A stretch of DNA of 64,000 bases from contig NC_134033.1 of the NCBI RefSeq assembly GCF_964204645.1, positions 16,314,655 through 16,378,654 on the forward strand, read 5' to 3'. Below, piece by piece: positions 39,701 to 52,419 of the stretch (the first letter of the stretch is position 1; each line of letters begins with the position of its first letter). The position numbers and the translations under genes were made by a program. The DNA comes from Tubulanus polymorphus (lineage: Eukaryota; Animalia; Nemertea). The notes beneath the pieces were generated by a model that was given only the letters and a program-made list of their open reading frames with translations, was not told the DNA's origin and searched no databases.

Positions 39701-39792
39701 GTAATGTTCAGTACAATTATCATCTCATTTCGCTGTGGTGTCGTTCGCTTCAACCAATTCGATGACCAGAGATTTCGAATTCAATTTTCAGA

Positions 39793-41062
39793 ATGGTCTC
39801 GTTGAAAGTCATCGCGCTCTTCGTCTTCGTCGGACTCGTTGCCGTTCAGGCAAAAGGTAAGTTTAATCATTTTGACATATCTCTTCACATAAAACGGAAT
39901 GGTTTGGGGCATATAGATCTATAAGTTTAACCGGTAGACTGGTATTAATATCAATTTAGAGCTAATGAAAAGTAAGTCGGTTATCTGACAATTTCGTGGT
40001 TTCTTCTAACTTCTCTAACGATGAAAAAGTTATCCCGAAACCGTCTGATAATAAACTAACTTTTTCAATATCTACCGTGGGTTTCTACTCGGTATCTTTG
40101 ACTTCGTTTTCTGGATTCTTTTATTCTTTTGATTTTTTGAATGTAAATCTATCGTTGATGATATTCGCGAATATTCGTCTACTTTCAGAAGTAAGCGAAG
40201 TAGAAATCACCCTCGAAGAGGATGCTGGTGGTGAGTACCACAGTACAAACGCTTAAAATGTTGTAGAGCTGATTTGTGTTAACCGAATATAGAATTAAAT
40301 GTTATATAAACAGGCAGGTCCACAGTACTACCTGTTTTCTTGTTTTAGTATAGACCATCTAATTTGTTTACTTCGCCGAAATGAATTGAATGGGTTTAAT
40401 TAATAAACAATCGGGTACCCGCAGTACTACTGTGGCAATCGAGGATTCAACGTATGGCAGGCGAGAGTCCGCCAGGTTCGCTAGTGGTCGTCCGCGTTCG
40501 ATATCTTCTATATTTCAATCAAATCTAAATGAACTTTTCTCTTAAATGAATCAATTATTTTTAAGAAAACTTTATACCGATATCCGAGTTTAAAAATGAA
40601 AGTATTGTATATTTGGTGGGTGCTGCGATAATGTATGGACGGGGAGTCAAAAAATCCATTTCGACCTACTGCTTGTCCACCATCTGGCGGAATAGCTGGT
40701 TTTGCGGATACCCAATTGAATATCGAATGTATGGAAATGTATTCAATGTTATTGCAGAAGGCCATGACATTGAAAAACGTGGGCCGGTCGCCGGAGCTAT
40801 AGCCGTCGAAGCCATCAAAGCAGCTCTCCAACTGGGTACCAATCTTCTGGACAGCATCTCGCAACATTACTACAACAACAAAGCCATGATCTGTTACTGG
40901 AACGATTGGCGAGCACGTGACGCCCGCGCCCGTATCGAGAGAACCTTCAGAAATTGTCGATTCTCGCGAGCTAAGCGTACCTGGGGCTGGGTGAACGGAA
41001 GATGGTACTGCCTGATGAAACAAGTTGCCTGTAAAACTCTGGGCCACGCTCTCGGCAAATAA
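39793..41062 (+). CDS. Family A paralogue A1: secreted prepropeptide, 93-aa cationic 4-Cys mature peptide (candidate antimicrobial or toxin)
   Basis: Exons 39793-39856, 40189-40230, 40758-41062 (all phase 1): MVSLKVIALFVFVGLVAVQAK-EVSEVEITLEEDAGEGHDIEKR-GPVAGAIAVEAIKAALQLGTNLLDSISQHYYNNKAMICYWNDWRARDARARIERTFRNCRFSRAKRTWGWVNGRWYCLMKQVACKTLGHALGK*; AATAAA at 41161. Confidence 0.85.
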
Positions 41063-42588
41063 ACGCTGATGTCGTGCTCACAATGAAGGTCTTTCACACG
41101 AGCAATTATCTTTTCGATTTCAAACCATGAAATGTCAAAACGTATTCAAGTGTGATTGAAAATAAAACTGAATTATCGCATCGGAACTCTGTCTTTAGTG
41201 TGTATTCATCGTTTATGAGGGTGTGCTTATATCCTGTGGTTTCAGGCATAAGTCAAAAATTTAATGAATACCTTTAAGGACACTCAATAGAAAAACTTAA
41301 TGAATCGCGGCTTCACTTAAGGGTATTAATTCTGAAGGCCACCATTCGAACGCAAGGACGAAAATAGATAAAAATTGGCAAAGGAGAAAAAACAAAGGAA
41401 ACAAAAATCTAAAAAGAAAAACGTTCACAAAGGCTACGAATGTCGGATAAATAAACTTTCAAATATCATCAATTGTCGAATCATTTCTTATTTCATATTC
41501 ATTTGTATGGGATCCAATATGTGCCAATGAAATTAAATCAAAATCTCCATCTTCTTATGTCTGATTTTCGTAGCTCGAATGCAGAATCTATTTCACTTGA
41601 AACTTGACGTTACACGACACCTGACGTAGCTCGGATACTCGTCAAAGACGCACAAATTTAGAATCCCGAATTTGGTTTCTTCGCCAAACACCGAACGATA
41701 TGACTATAAGTCGTGTATAAACGCACAAGTCGCATAAAAATATATGGTTCCATATTTCTTTATTTTACTTCAAATTCAATCGACGTCACAGCTCGAGTCA
41801 CGGCTCAGGGACCAGTTGCTCGTTACTATCTACTGGTTAACTCTTACCAACTTTTGAGCAACTGGTAAAGCTAACCAGTAAATAGTTGACATAGTGACAA
41901 TTGAAAGTCCATTGTTACTATGCTATTTATCCGCCAGTTATCTTTAACCAACTTTTGAGCAACTGGTCCCAGTTGCTCAGAAGTTGGTTTGAGTCAACCA
42001 GCGAATAGTTGGCGTAGTGAAAATTGAAATTTCATTGTTACTTTGGTATTTATCCGCCGGTTACCTTTAACCTCGATTGAGAAACTGACACCGGAAGGTC
42101 AAGTTCAAGGTCACGTAGTTTGTGTATTGATTTTTGATACGGCTGTGCAGCGGTCGATTTCAATGTCGAGGATATCAACTTCGAAGTCGAATATTTCGTA
42201 AACTTTCCAAAATATCCGACTTATTCGCAAGTCGTTTATCGTGTTAGTCGAATGAATTTGATGATTGGGCCAAATTTGTACGGTTTATGCGATGTTGACA
42301 ACCTACATTCGCATACAGAACTCGGCGTTAGATTAACATTTCGATTTTGCCCATATTTCGTCGTTAATAAATTTACCGTATTCAGTGACGTATTGAAGTC
42401 AATCTCCCTTCAACAAGTTAGTCATACGTTATTTGAATTGACCTTGCATGTCTAGACTATAAAATATGGCGGAACCCGATTTGTTTATTGCGTGGCGGCG
42501 CGGATTCGAATTTTGATTCTAAATTGCCTCATACATAAACATAAACATTTCAAAATCAGTAATTCATTCGAATAAGAATTAAAACTAA

Positions 42589-42807
42589 GGCTAAACAAAA
42601 ATGATACCTTGTTTCTTCGCAGCGGCCGGGTCATTTTTGTAAAATATGATAAAATTTATAAACAGTTCATTTCTATAGCGGCCGGGTCTGTTATGGTAAA
42701 ATTGATCACGATTTTAAAAAAAGTAATGTATAGGGTAGATAGGCGGCCGGCCGGGTCAACATTTAAGCTCAGCAGAGCGGAGAAACAAGGTATCAATTTT
42801 TTTAGCC
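42589..42807. mobile_element. Second copy of the GGCTAAA-TIR MITE with TAA target-site duplication
   Basis: Reverse complement of 18109-18329; taa|ggcta...tagcc|taa. Confidence 0.8.
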
Positions 42808-42825
42808 TAAATCACACCTGACGAT

Positions 42826-43052
42826 GATATGGTGGCTGATTTGGGACATACTAAAATATTTTTCTGTACGGCTAAAGCAACGATAAGAAAATTTTCAGAT
42901 TGGCCCGTTTTTGGTTTTCTCGCGCCAGAATTCAAAACTTTTGGTTTTCTCGTGCGAGTACCGCCAAAAAACGGGCAAATGTGAAAATTTGTTTATCGTT
43001 GCTTCAGCCGTACAGAAAATTGTTTTAGTATGATCCAAATCAGTCATCATAG
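42826..43052. mobile_element. Foldback/MITE with ~85-bp inverted arms
   Basis: ctgatttgggacatactaaaata..ttctgtacggct.aagcaacgataa..cccgtttttgg versus ccaaaaaacggg..ttatcgttgctt.agccgtacagaaaat..tttagtatgatccaaatcag. Confidence 0.7.
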
Positions 43053-43877
43053 ATTCCTCTGGATTATACGAAAAGATACATTGGTGATTTGACAGACATA
43101 GACTGGAACATAGTGCGGCGTTTATCTTGAAAAACGGTTAAATGTTAGATCCTATAACCGAATCGTAAACAAAATGGCGGCTTTTTCAACCGATGAAATT
43201 AGGCCTGAAGATGAGAAGGGTTAGTATCAAGAGGGTAGGGTTTAGGATCAGGGTAAGGGTTTAGGTGTCGAGTCAATTATAGGATCTGACATCTACCAAA
43301 AAGGGATGAATGACCCATTTGAGATCGTTCGAAGGTCTGTCTGAATTGATTAATTTGTCAGTGCCACATTCACCAATCGATAAGGGTTTCAATCTTGAAA
43401 TGGTAAATTGTTCCTCTTGATTTTGAAATCGGAATACAGAGTGGAAGGTTCGTTCGAATTTCTGGTCTATTCGAAGTATCTAATCATTTTGGTTCTTGTT
43501 CAAACTTCCCCCGGCAGGCGACCATTATGGTTAATTTCTACTTTATTTCTGTGCAACTAACAAATCCACCAATCGCAACGTGCCGGGAACCGATTGGAAT
43601 ATAAGCAAAATTTACGATCGTATTTTCGCTCGGCCCTATAAATTTTGTGAAATCCACTTCTGAAACTGATTAATAGTTATACTGATAAATGACTCTCACT
43701 AATACGAGATATGGCTATAAAATCAGAGCTTTCAAATGCATTCGAATCGTTGTTAACCTCAACACCGAGGTCGTCCAGCAAAACAGGTAATGTTCAGTAC
43801 AATCTTCTTCTCCGTGGCGTCGTTCGCTTCATAATGAAACTATTCAATGACAAAATAATTCTAAATCGAATTTCAGA

Positions 43878-44942
43878 ATGGTTTCGTTGAAAGTCATCGC
43901 ACTCCTCGTGTTCGTCGGATTTGTTGCCGTCGTCCAGGCAAATGAAGTCGGTAAGTTAACAGACGTGTTATAGGGGGTTGGCGAATCAGCAAGTTTTTAG
44001 CGTTGGTCCGGTTTTGTTGTAAAGCATGAAAGGAGCATCGTTTTTCATTTTCATAAAATTTTAATATAAACGCTTTTTGAAACTAACAATTTCTTTTTAT
44101 ATCATGTACCATAACGCTTTTCTATTTTTAGAAATTGAACTCGAAACTGGTGAGTGTAAAAAAGTATTCAATTTTATGGTATTTTTCGACTTCAGAATTG
44201 TATATCATCAGCTGGGAAACCGCCTAGGGCTCCTTCTCGCGGCTAGTGGAGATTTTGCGAGGAGATTATGATTCTTGGTTCAGGTTTTATCTCCACCGAC
44301 ATGGGAAATCACAAGCATTCACTTTAAAATGCTCGTATCAAATTCACGCCCTTTGAATTGGAACGTTTTAAGAACTGGCCCCATCAATTGTTCCTCATCA
44401 GGAACAATTTGGCCTTAACCCTTTTAGGCTTGAGCTTTTTTCATGGAATTTGGCTCAAAAATAACTGCCTCGGTTGCGACGCTACTGGGACCGGTTTTAT
44501 TGACTGTTATTAACCATAATCTATGGGTTAACTGAATTGAAAATGAATCGAGTTAACCCCCGGGTTAAAAGTAGACACCAGTCTATAAAACAGGCCGTTG
44601 GTCTGTAATATTGGACACTTTCTATTTACAGAGGCAGATTCTGGTATGCAATTGTCAAAACGTGCCGGAGGGGCAGCAGTAGCAACTGAAGCCATCAAAG
44701 CAGCTCTCTCACTGGGTACCAATCTTCTGGACAGCATCTCGAAACATTACTACACCAACGAAGCCATGACCTGTTACTGGAACGATTGGAGAGCACGTGA
44801 CGCCCGCGCCCGTATCGAGAGAACCTTCAGACATTGTCGATTCTCGCGAGCTAAACGTATCTGGGGTTGGGTAAGCGGAAAATGGTACTGTCTGATGAAA
44901 CAAGTTGCCTGTAAGGCTCTGGGCCACGCTCTCGGCAAATAA
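43878..44942 (+). CDS. Family A paralogue A2 (92-aa mature peptide)
   Basis: Exons 43878-43950, 44132-44149 (18-nt micro-exon), 44632-44942: MVSLKVIALLVFVGFVAVVQANEV-EIELET-EADSGMQLSKR-AGGAAVATEAIKAALSLGTNLL...CLMKQVACKALGHALGK*; TATAAAA at 43716. Confidence 0.85.
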
Positions 44943-47337
44943 ACGCTGATGTCGTGCTCACAATACACGGTTAGGCTCAGTGATCGTACGATTCGTTTTA
45001 CCTTTTTCACGCGACCAATTTGTTTTTCGATTTCGAATTTTTGAAGTGTCAAATTATATCTAGGTGTGATTGAAAATGAAATTGAAACTCAGTCTTTAGG
45101 GTGTATTCATTTTTCGGTGCAATAAGGGTCTGTTTATATCCTGGTGATTGAGGTATTGTTCCTTCTCATTCTAAAACGTTTGAGGAACTTCGAAAAAACT
45201 AAAGAAATCACTGGCTCGCATCGGTGACAACGCCACCTCGCGGTATTTATCGAGGAATCCAGGAACCATCGAGGATTATTAGGTTCTAGTCCCGATTTTC
45301 TGGCGCAACGTGACGAGGTCATTGAAAAATTCTGAAATATTCTCGAACATCTGGTCGTCTATTAATCGAAGACTTACATGGCCCCCAATAAAAACAATTC
45401 GATGATCTCTTTCAAAAATATGATTTTGTGATGAGTTAGTTTTATAATTAGCATAAAATCAAGTGTGATAAATTCAAATATTTTATATTGATATCAAACT
45501 GTTGATGGTGATAATTGTAATGTAGATAATATTGATGATGGCATCTTATAACGAGTGTTTACCTGGAAAGAAGTCAATGTCCACTGCCTTCAAATTTCCG
45601 TAAACCTCACCTTTCTTGTACAAACTATGACCAGAAAAAATCAGTCCGCGAGTTAAGGATAGGACAGGGCCCAGTTTCACAAAAACTCAAATTTTTGGAA
45701 TAATTGCCATTGGTTACATCACGTTTTCAATAAGGACAACAATTCAAACCTAACCGTTTCAGGCTTAAACTTTTTTCATGAAACTGGGCCCAGGATGATA
45801 CGTTGGGAAGTTAGAGACGTGATTTCGTTTTCACCCGAGCTTGTCTAAAATCCCGAGTTGGTAACGTGCGGGTTAGATGATGTTGTTTTTTTGTAATGCT
45901 CTGGACGAATAAGGATATTCTGCGCTGGTCAATATTGTCTGTTCGTGTGTTCAAATACAGTGAAACTCTTCTCACTAAGACATGATCATATTCTCCTGAC
46001 GTCCACCAGATTCGTGAGGCATAAAACTAGCAATGTATATATAGAAGACCTCATCTGAAATTGAATATGCTTATATAAAAACCGTTACAAACCCAGCTGA
46101 AGATCTGGATCCAGTAACACAGTTGTGAGTTTAACATTTGACTCAGAGTTTACTCATTTCCCCAGGTTCCAGCGCCTTAATTTTATGTACAGCCTGTTGG
46201 CTTGCACTGGATACCTCGTAACCGGTTTACGAAAATAAATTATTATTATTGAAAATGAACTAATTTTCACTCGAAACCGTGGGACTAGAAGCATCACGGT
46301 CGTTTCTCAACGAATTTTCTGCATCATACCCGGTTTCAACATGGAAATTAATTTTACCCCGAATATGCCATATATGGAAGAACCATCTTCACCCGTCAAG
46401 GGATTCGAACCCTTAATTTAATATCTAGGGTTAGAATGGCGCAGAAGTTCAGAGTTGAGTTTGTGGGTAAGAAAAGTCGTACTTAGTCAGCCAACCGATT
46501 CTGCGTCGATTTCTTCTGTTGAGATGCCGAACCCATCTTCACCCGTCAAGGGATTCGAACCCACTACGCTAAAGCTGTTCGCCGAACCCCTTGACCTCAC
46601 GAGTCGTTGGAGTCGTTACTAGCCGACCAGAATCCGGTCGTACCAATCACAGCGCTTGTAACAAACCGACAGTAGACTTCTGTTGGTTTTCCCGTTAAAT
46701 TGACCAATCAGCGAACGTTTTACTGAACAAGGAAGTATTTCGCAAATCCATATATGACGTCATGCGCAACAGCGCCAGTTATGAAATCACACTTCGTGAG
46801 GCCAGGGGGCTGGTGGAAGCGAGTTCGGGAGTGATACCAGACCCCTGGCAAGCGAGGATGTGGAAGAACCAGCATGGGAGCCTAACCGTGAGGAGAAGAA
46901 TTCTGAATTCATCATCAGTTACATCTCAGCAAGAGCCTCTGCGCCAATTCTGAATTCACTTTATCAAATTACGGCAATAATTCAGAAATCACGTGTGAAA
47001 AAACAACGGTTTACCAAGAGAGAGGGGGAAGGGCGATAATTCATGATCAATTAGCCTGAGTAGTTTAGTGATTTGAAGTCTGATTTGCAGAAATTGAATT
47101 TCAAAAAAGGCATTGTCTTATCGATAAGTATAGATATCTGTGATCACGTGCCTCACGAATGCAAATCAGCGGCTTAGACCTCGCCTCCCGGCGCATTACG
47201 ACAATAACTAAACGCAAAATATATTGATTGCTGGTCAGATAGTTTTATCGTGTTTATTCGCTCTCAATATTTTACGTTTTACAATTTAGAGTAAATCGAA
47301 AAATGAGATGATATTACATGCACGACTCTCAGGGTAT

Positions 47338-48553
47338 TTATTTGCCGAGAGCGTGACCCAGAGCTTTGCAGGCAACCTGTTTCATCAGACAGTACCATCT
47401 TCCGCTTACCCAACCCCAGATACGTTTGTAGCGTGAGAATCGACAATGTCTAAAGGTTCTCTCGATACGGGCGCGGGCGTCACGTGCTCTCCAATCGTTC
47501 CAGTAACAGGTCATGGCTTCGTTGGTGTAGTAATGTTGCGAGATGCTGTCCAGAAGATTCGTACCCAGTGCGAGAGCTGCTTTGATGGCTTCAGTTGCGA
47601 TGGCCGCCTTGTAGCGTTTTTCTATTCTCTTTCCCGAGTCCTCCCCTGTAATTATGAAATAGCTAGCTTTATACAGAGCCAGATGTTCAGTGGCTTAGAC
47701 TTTAGTTTAAGACTAACCAATAACTATTACCAATCTAACTTAATCCTAGTCTCACAATTTTGACCCATTTTCGCCCCCGGTCAGGACTGTTCTACTTGGT
47801 TCAAACCTCAATCAAAACCTTTCTATTTATTTACCGTAAATCCAATAAGAGCATTTTGAATGTATGAATTATGAGTTGTATTACTCAGTTAGCCGAAAGA
47901 GGGCGGCCTCAGCGATTTACTGGCACATAATTCACACTTTCTGCAGTCGAAACGAAGTATTTTTACTCACCAGTTTCGAGTTCGATGTCTGGAAATGGAA
48001 AAAAATATATATATAATCGTACATACTATGATATCGATATACATAGTTTCAAAAAGCGTTTATTTCTCGATTATACCGAAACAAAAAACTAGCCTCTTAT
48101 GTAAATGTATATACGTTTCTCTGTTTACTCGACCCTGTATTAAGGATGAAAGACATTGATGTTGACCGTATATCCAGGGATGAAACGTTGCTTTTTAGAT
48201 AGCAACATTTACCCTTACCCCAAATCTTCATCGCATTCAAGTCGTTAAGCTAGGTTTATAAACCTGGTGAACTAGTGAATAAGTGTTATAGTGACAATCG
48301 GAATTGCATTGTAACTAACCATCATGGTATTTGTCCACCGGTAAACTCTAAACAACTTGTTCGAGCAACTAGCCGCTGAGTATTCAAAAACCAACATATT
48401 GCGTAGGTTGCTCGATAACATGTATTTAAGAATTTGTTCGTCCTAGATACTGTGTCTGCATGCATCATATCACTTACCATTACCCGAGCTTTTTGCCTGA
48501 ACGGCAACCAGTCCCAGAACCAGGAGCAGCGCGATGACTTTCAGCGAAACCAT
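47338..48553 (-). CDS. Family A paralogue A3 (91-aa mature peptide); absent from the ORF track
   Basis: Exons 48478-48553, 47971-47988, 47338-47645: MVSLKVIALLLVLGLVAVQAKSSGN-DIELET-GEDSGKRIEKR-YKAAIATEAIKAALALGTNLLDSISQHYYTNEAMTCYWNDWRARDARARIERTFRHCRFSRYKRIWGWVSGRWYCLMKQVACKALGHALGK*; TATAAAA at 48724-48730 (-). Confidence 0.85.
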
Positions 48554-49349
48554 TCTGGAATTTAGAAAAATGCAATCGAGATGCTGATCGAATGAGCTAA
48601 CAAATCCACTGCGAGTGGAGAGGAGAGACAATCGAGTGAGAATTGTACAGAAATGTTACCTGTTTTGCTGGACGAAGTCGGTGTTGAGGTTAACAACGAT
48701 TCGAATGCATTTGAAAGCTCTGATTTTATAGCCATATCTCGTATTAGTGAGAGTCATTTATCAGTATAACTATTTATCAGTTTCAGACATGGATTTCACA
48801 GAATTTATAGCGGAAATACAATCGTAAAATTTTGAAACACCACCTGCCTATGAACTAGAAATTCAAACCCTAATCGCTAATGACGGAACCACTTGTTAAC
48901 CACTGGATAAATTGGAAATATACTTTTCATGGATATTCAGATATTTCGATTTGAATTAAATTCGCAAATCTTCATACGGTCCCTCGTTTCATATCGTTAA
49001 CGCTCTCAATTTTGCATTCGGAAAATGCGAGAATCGCCATTACAAAAAAGTAAATCTACGCTTAATTTCCTTGGGTCGATGTAAAAATTAACGCTTATCG
49101 AGGGAGGGTCTGCAGAGCTACGTGAAATTCGATCAAAACTTTTCTTTCAGAAAACGAAAACAACGAGGACCTCGAGGGACCGCCACAATATGACGCCTGG
49201 AAACTGAAATATATTGCGTAGTATATGAATTTATGTTTTGAAATAAAGCCTCATCTTTATCGTCAGTGACCTATATGTCAGTAATCATATACGATATTGT
49301 TTCTATCATTTATCAGTCTACATCATATATCAGTCTAAAATCATATTAG

Positions 49350-49830
49350 TAAAGCAGTCCCGCGACACGCTACCGATTTCCCTGATTGGCGACCTGTTGA
49401 AATATCACCAGGAGCCACAACACACAATACCTAGTTCTATGATTGTCAACTCAGTGAAATATTTACAGCAGTCCCGACACTACCGAGTTCCCTGATTCTC
49501 AACTCGGTGAAATATTCCCAACACTACCGAGTTCCCTGATTCTCAACTCGGTGAAATATTTACAGCAGTCCCAACACGCTACCGAGTTCCCTGATTCTCA
49601 ACTCGGTAGAATATTTACAGCAGTCCCAACACGCTACCGAGTTCCCTGATTCTCAACTCAGTGAAATATTTACAGCAGTCCCAACACGCTACCGAGTTCC
49701 CTGATTCTCAACTCAGTGAAATATTTACAGCAGTCCCAACACGCTACCGAGTTCCCTGATTCTCAACTCAGTGAAATATTTACAGCAGTCTCAACGCTAC
49801 CGAGTTCCCTGATTCTCAACTCGTAGAAAT
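49350..49830. repeat. 55-bp minisatellite (acacgctaccgagttccctgattctcaactcagtgaaatatttacagcagtccca) between the divergent A3 and A4 genes
   Basis: About 7 units, several identical. Confidence 0.9.
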
Positions 49831-50417
49831 AGAACCTGAATCTATTGAACCTGAAAATGATACGTACATTCCTCCTATTAACTTTATTTCAGTATTGATT
49901 TGTTTCATCGGGAAATAGAATCTTGAACTAATCTTTATATAAGATGTGTTTATTATCAAATTCATTCGTTCAATCCAGATGTTTTTTAATCTTTGGACAG
50001 TGATGAATGATAACCCTAATTTGTTGGCTTGATTTTGGTATCCTTTAAGCGCCCACTGGTCGCATCTGTCGGAAATGAAATAGGTAGGGGCTTTAGATTC
50101 ATTTAACTGATGTCTATTTTAACATTCTGTATCATAACAATATGTTATGCTAATATACCGTCACTGTTTCATTTATGTGTCACTATATTATGACGTGTTT
50201 TCATTCTATCAGAAAATAAATAATGATAATGATAATAATCATAATCACAATGATTATAATCTCGACATGAGAGCACAGCGTGTGGCCTAGAAGTCAGTTT
50301 TGATGGTATTTTACACTTTATTGAAGGATTGCAAAAAAGTCTTCATTGAACGGGGTTGAATAAAGAAAAGTGACTCCATGATTTGAATGTTTAGCAAATG
50401 CGTTTCCATGCCCATCC

Positions 50418-50672
50418 AACCTGATGGCATCGACTCAGCCACGGTACGAACCCCTGCCACACCAGACCGGCTGCGCACGAAAACTTGCGGCACCAATCAG
50501 ATTGCTCGTTGTATAATCGCTGAGGTAAATTTCATGGAAGAACTATAAATGGGAAAACTCGGGCTAAAATAAAACGGGATATCTGATTGGCTGATAATGA
50601 CATAATCTAAGCTGCGCGTGTAGCTGCGCACTCGGTCTCGTGTGGCAGGGTTTCGCTCGATGCCATCAGGTT
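50418..50672. mobile_element. Inverted-repeat element (16-bp perfect TIR aacctgatggcatcga plus internal IR) next to a tRNA-derived SINE-like segment
   Basis: aacctgatggcatcga...tcgatgccatcaggtt; internal cctgccacac.agaccg / cggtctcgtgtggcagg. Confidence 0.6.
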
Positions 50673-51183
50673 CGAATCCCTGCCGGGGGAGGAGGTTCCA
50701 TGCCTACATACCATAACTTTAAGTAAGTCAACATGGATGTTATGTAAATGGCACATTTGCCAGCCGAAGGGCTGTGGGCATTATTCGATCTGCAGCGATC
50801 AATGCCCCCCTAGATAGATCGTGTATTTGAAGTCTCTATAGGCAGGTGGTGTTTCCCATACAGAAGCCCACCAGTCACACACCTGTCGGGACAACAACGA
50901 AAGCGAAATTTTACGATTGTATTTTCCGCTATAAATTCTGGAAATCCATGTCTGAAACTGATAAATAGTTATACTGATAAACGACGATCACTAATACGAG
51001 ATATTGCTATAAAATCAGAGCTTTAAAATGCATTCGAATCGTTGTTAACCTCAACACCGACTTCGTCCAGTTAAACAGGTAACATTTCTGTTCATTCTCA
51101 CTCGATTGTCTCTTCTCTCCACTCGCAGTGGATTCGTTAGCTCATTCGATCAACATCTCGATTGCATTTTTCTAAATTCCAGA

Positions 51184-52419
51184 ATGGTTTCGCTGAAAGT
51201 CATCGCGCTGCTCCTGGTTCTGGGACTGGTTGCCGTTCAGGCAAATAACCCGGGTAATGGTAAGTGATATGATGCATGAAGACACAGTATCTAGGACGGA
51301 TCAATTCTAAAATACATGTTATCGAGCAACCTACGCAATATGTTGGTTTTTGAATACTCAGCGGCTAGTTGCTCGAAGTTGTTTAGAGTTTACCGGTGGA
51401 CAAATACCACGATGGTTAGTTACAATGCAATTTCGATTGTCACTATAACACTTATTCACTAGTTAACTTCAACAAACGCGATAGCAACCAGGGCTGAAAA
51501 CTCACCCGAATGACTTGAATGCGATGAAGATTTAGGGCTAGGCTAAAATGTTGTTACGCATCTAAGGTAACGTTTCATCTCTGGTCAACATCAATGTCTT
51601 TTATAGCAGGGTTGAGACAGTCAGAAACGTATATGCAGTTTCGTAATAAAACCTACATATACATAATGGGGTAGTTTTTTGTTTCGGTATTAAGAAATGG
51701 ATGCTTTTTGAAACTATGTACATATCGTTATCATAGTATGTACGATCATATATATTCTTTTCCATTTCCAGACATCGAACTCGAAACTGGTGAGTAAAAA
51801 TACTTCGTTTCGACTGAAGAAGTGTGAATTATATACCGGTAAATTGTCGAGGGCCCCCCTTTCGGCTAAATGAGAAATACAACTCAATATCCATACATTT
51901 AAAATGCTCTTATAGGATTTACGGCCAATAAATCGAAAGGTTTTAACTAGGTTTGAACCAAGTTGAACAGTCGTGACTTGAGCAAAAATTTCAAGACCAG
52001 GCTTAAGTTAGATTGTTTATAGTTATTGGTTAGTCTTATACGGGTCTCGAGTCTAAGCCACTGAACATCTGGCTCTGTATTAAGCTGGCTACTTCATATT
52101 TACAGGGGAGGACTCGGGAAAGAGATTAGAAAAACGTGGGCCGGTCGCCGGAGCTATAGCCGTCGAAGCCATCAAAGCAGCTCTCCAACTTGGTACCAAT
52201 CTTCTGGACAGCATCTCGCAACATTACTACACCAACAAAGCCATGACCTGTTACTGGAACGATTGGAGAGCACGTGACGCCCGCGCCCGTATCGAGAGAA
52301 CCTTCAGACATTGTCGATTCTCACGCTACAAACGTATCTGGGGTTGGGTAAGCGGAAGATGGTACTGTCTGATGAAACAGGTTGCTTGTAAAACTCTGGG
52401 TCACGCTCTCGGTAAATAA
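51184..52419 (+). CDS. Family A paralogue A4 (93-aa mature peptide); absent from the ORF track
   Basis: Exons 51184-51259, 51772-51789, 52106-52419: MVSLKVIALLLVLGLVAVQANNPGN-DIELET-GEDSGKRLEKR-GPVAGAIAVEAIKAALQLGTNLL...RYKRIWGWVSGRWYCLMKQVACKTLGHALGK*; TATAAAA at 51008. Confidence 0.85.

Noticed and set aside
40781-40860. Family A as an actinoporin (N-terminus VAGAIAVE...LGTNLL resembles the actinoporin helix) or as parborlysin/cytolysin A-III
   Set aside because: Similarity is limited to a low-complexity amphipathic helix. The peptide is about half actinoporin length and has 4 Cys; the Cys count and position of the hydrophobic segment do not match parborlysins.
40508-41047. Antisense ORFs over family A exons (40508-41047, 44709-45052, 47446-47763, 52126-52311)
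   Set aside because: Shadows of the real coding strand, which has the signal peptide, splice sites, TATA box and poly(A) signal
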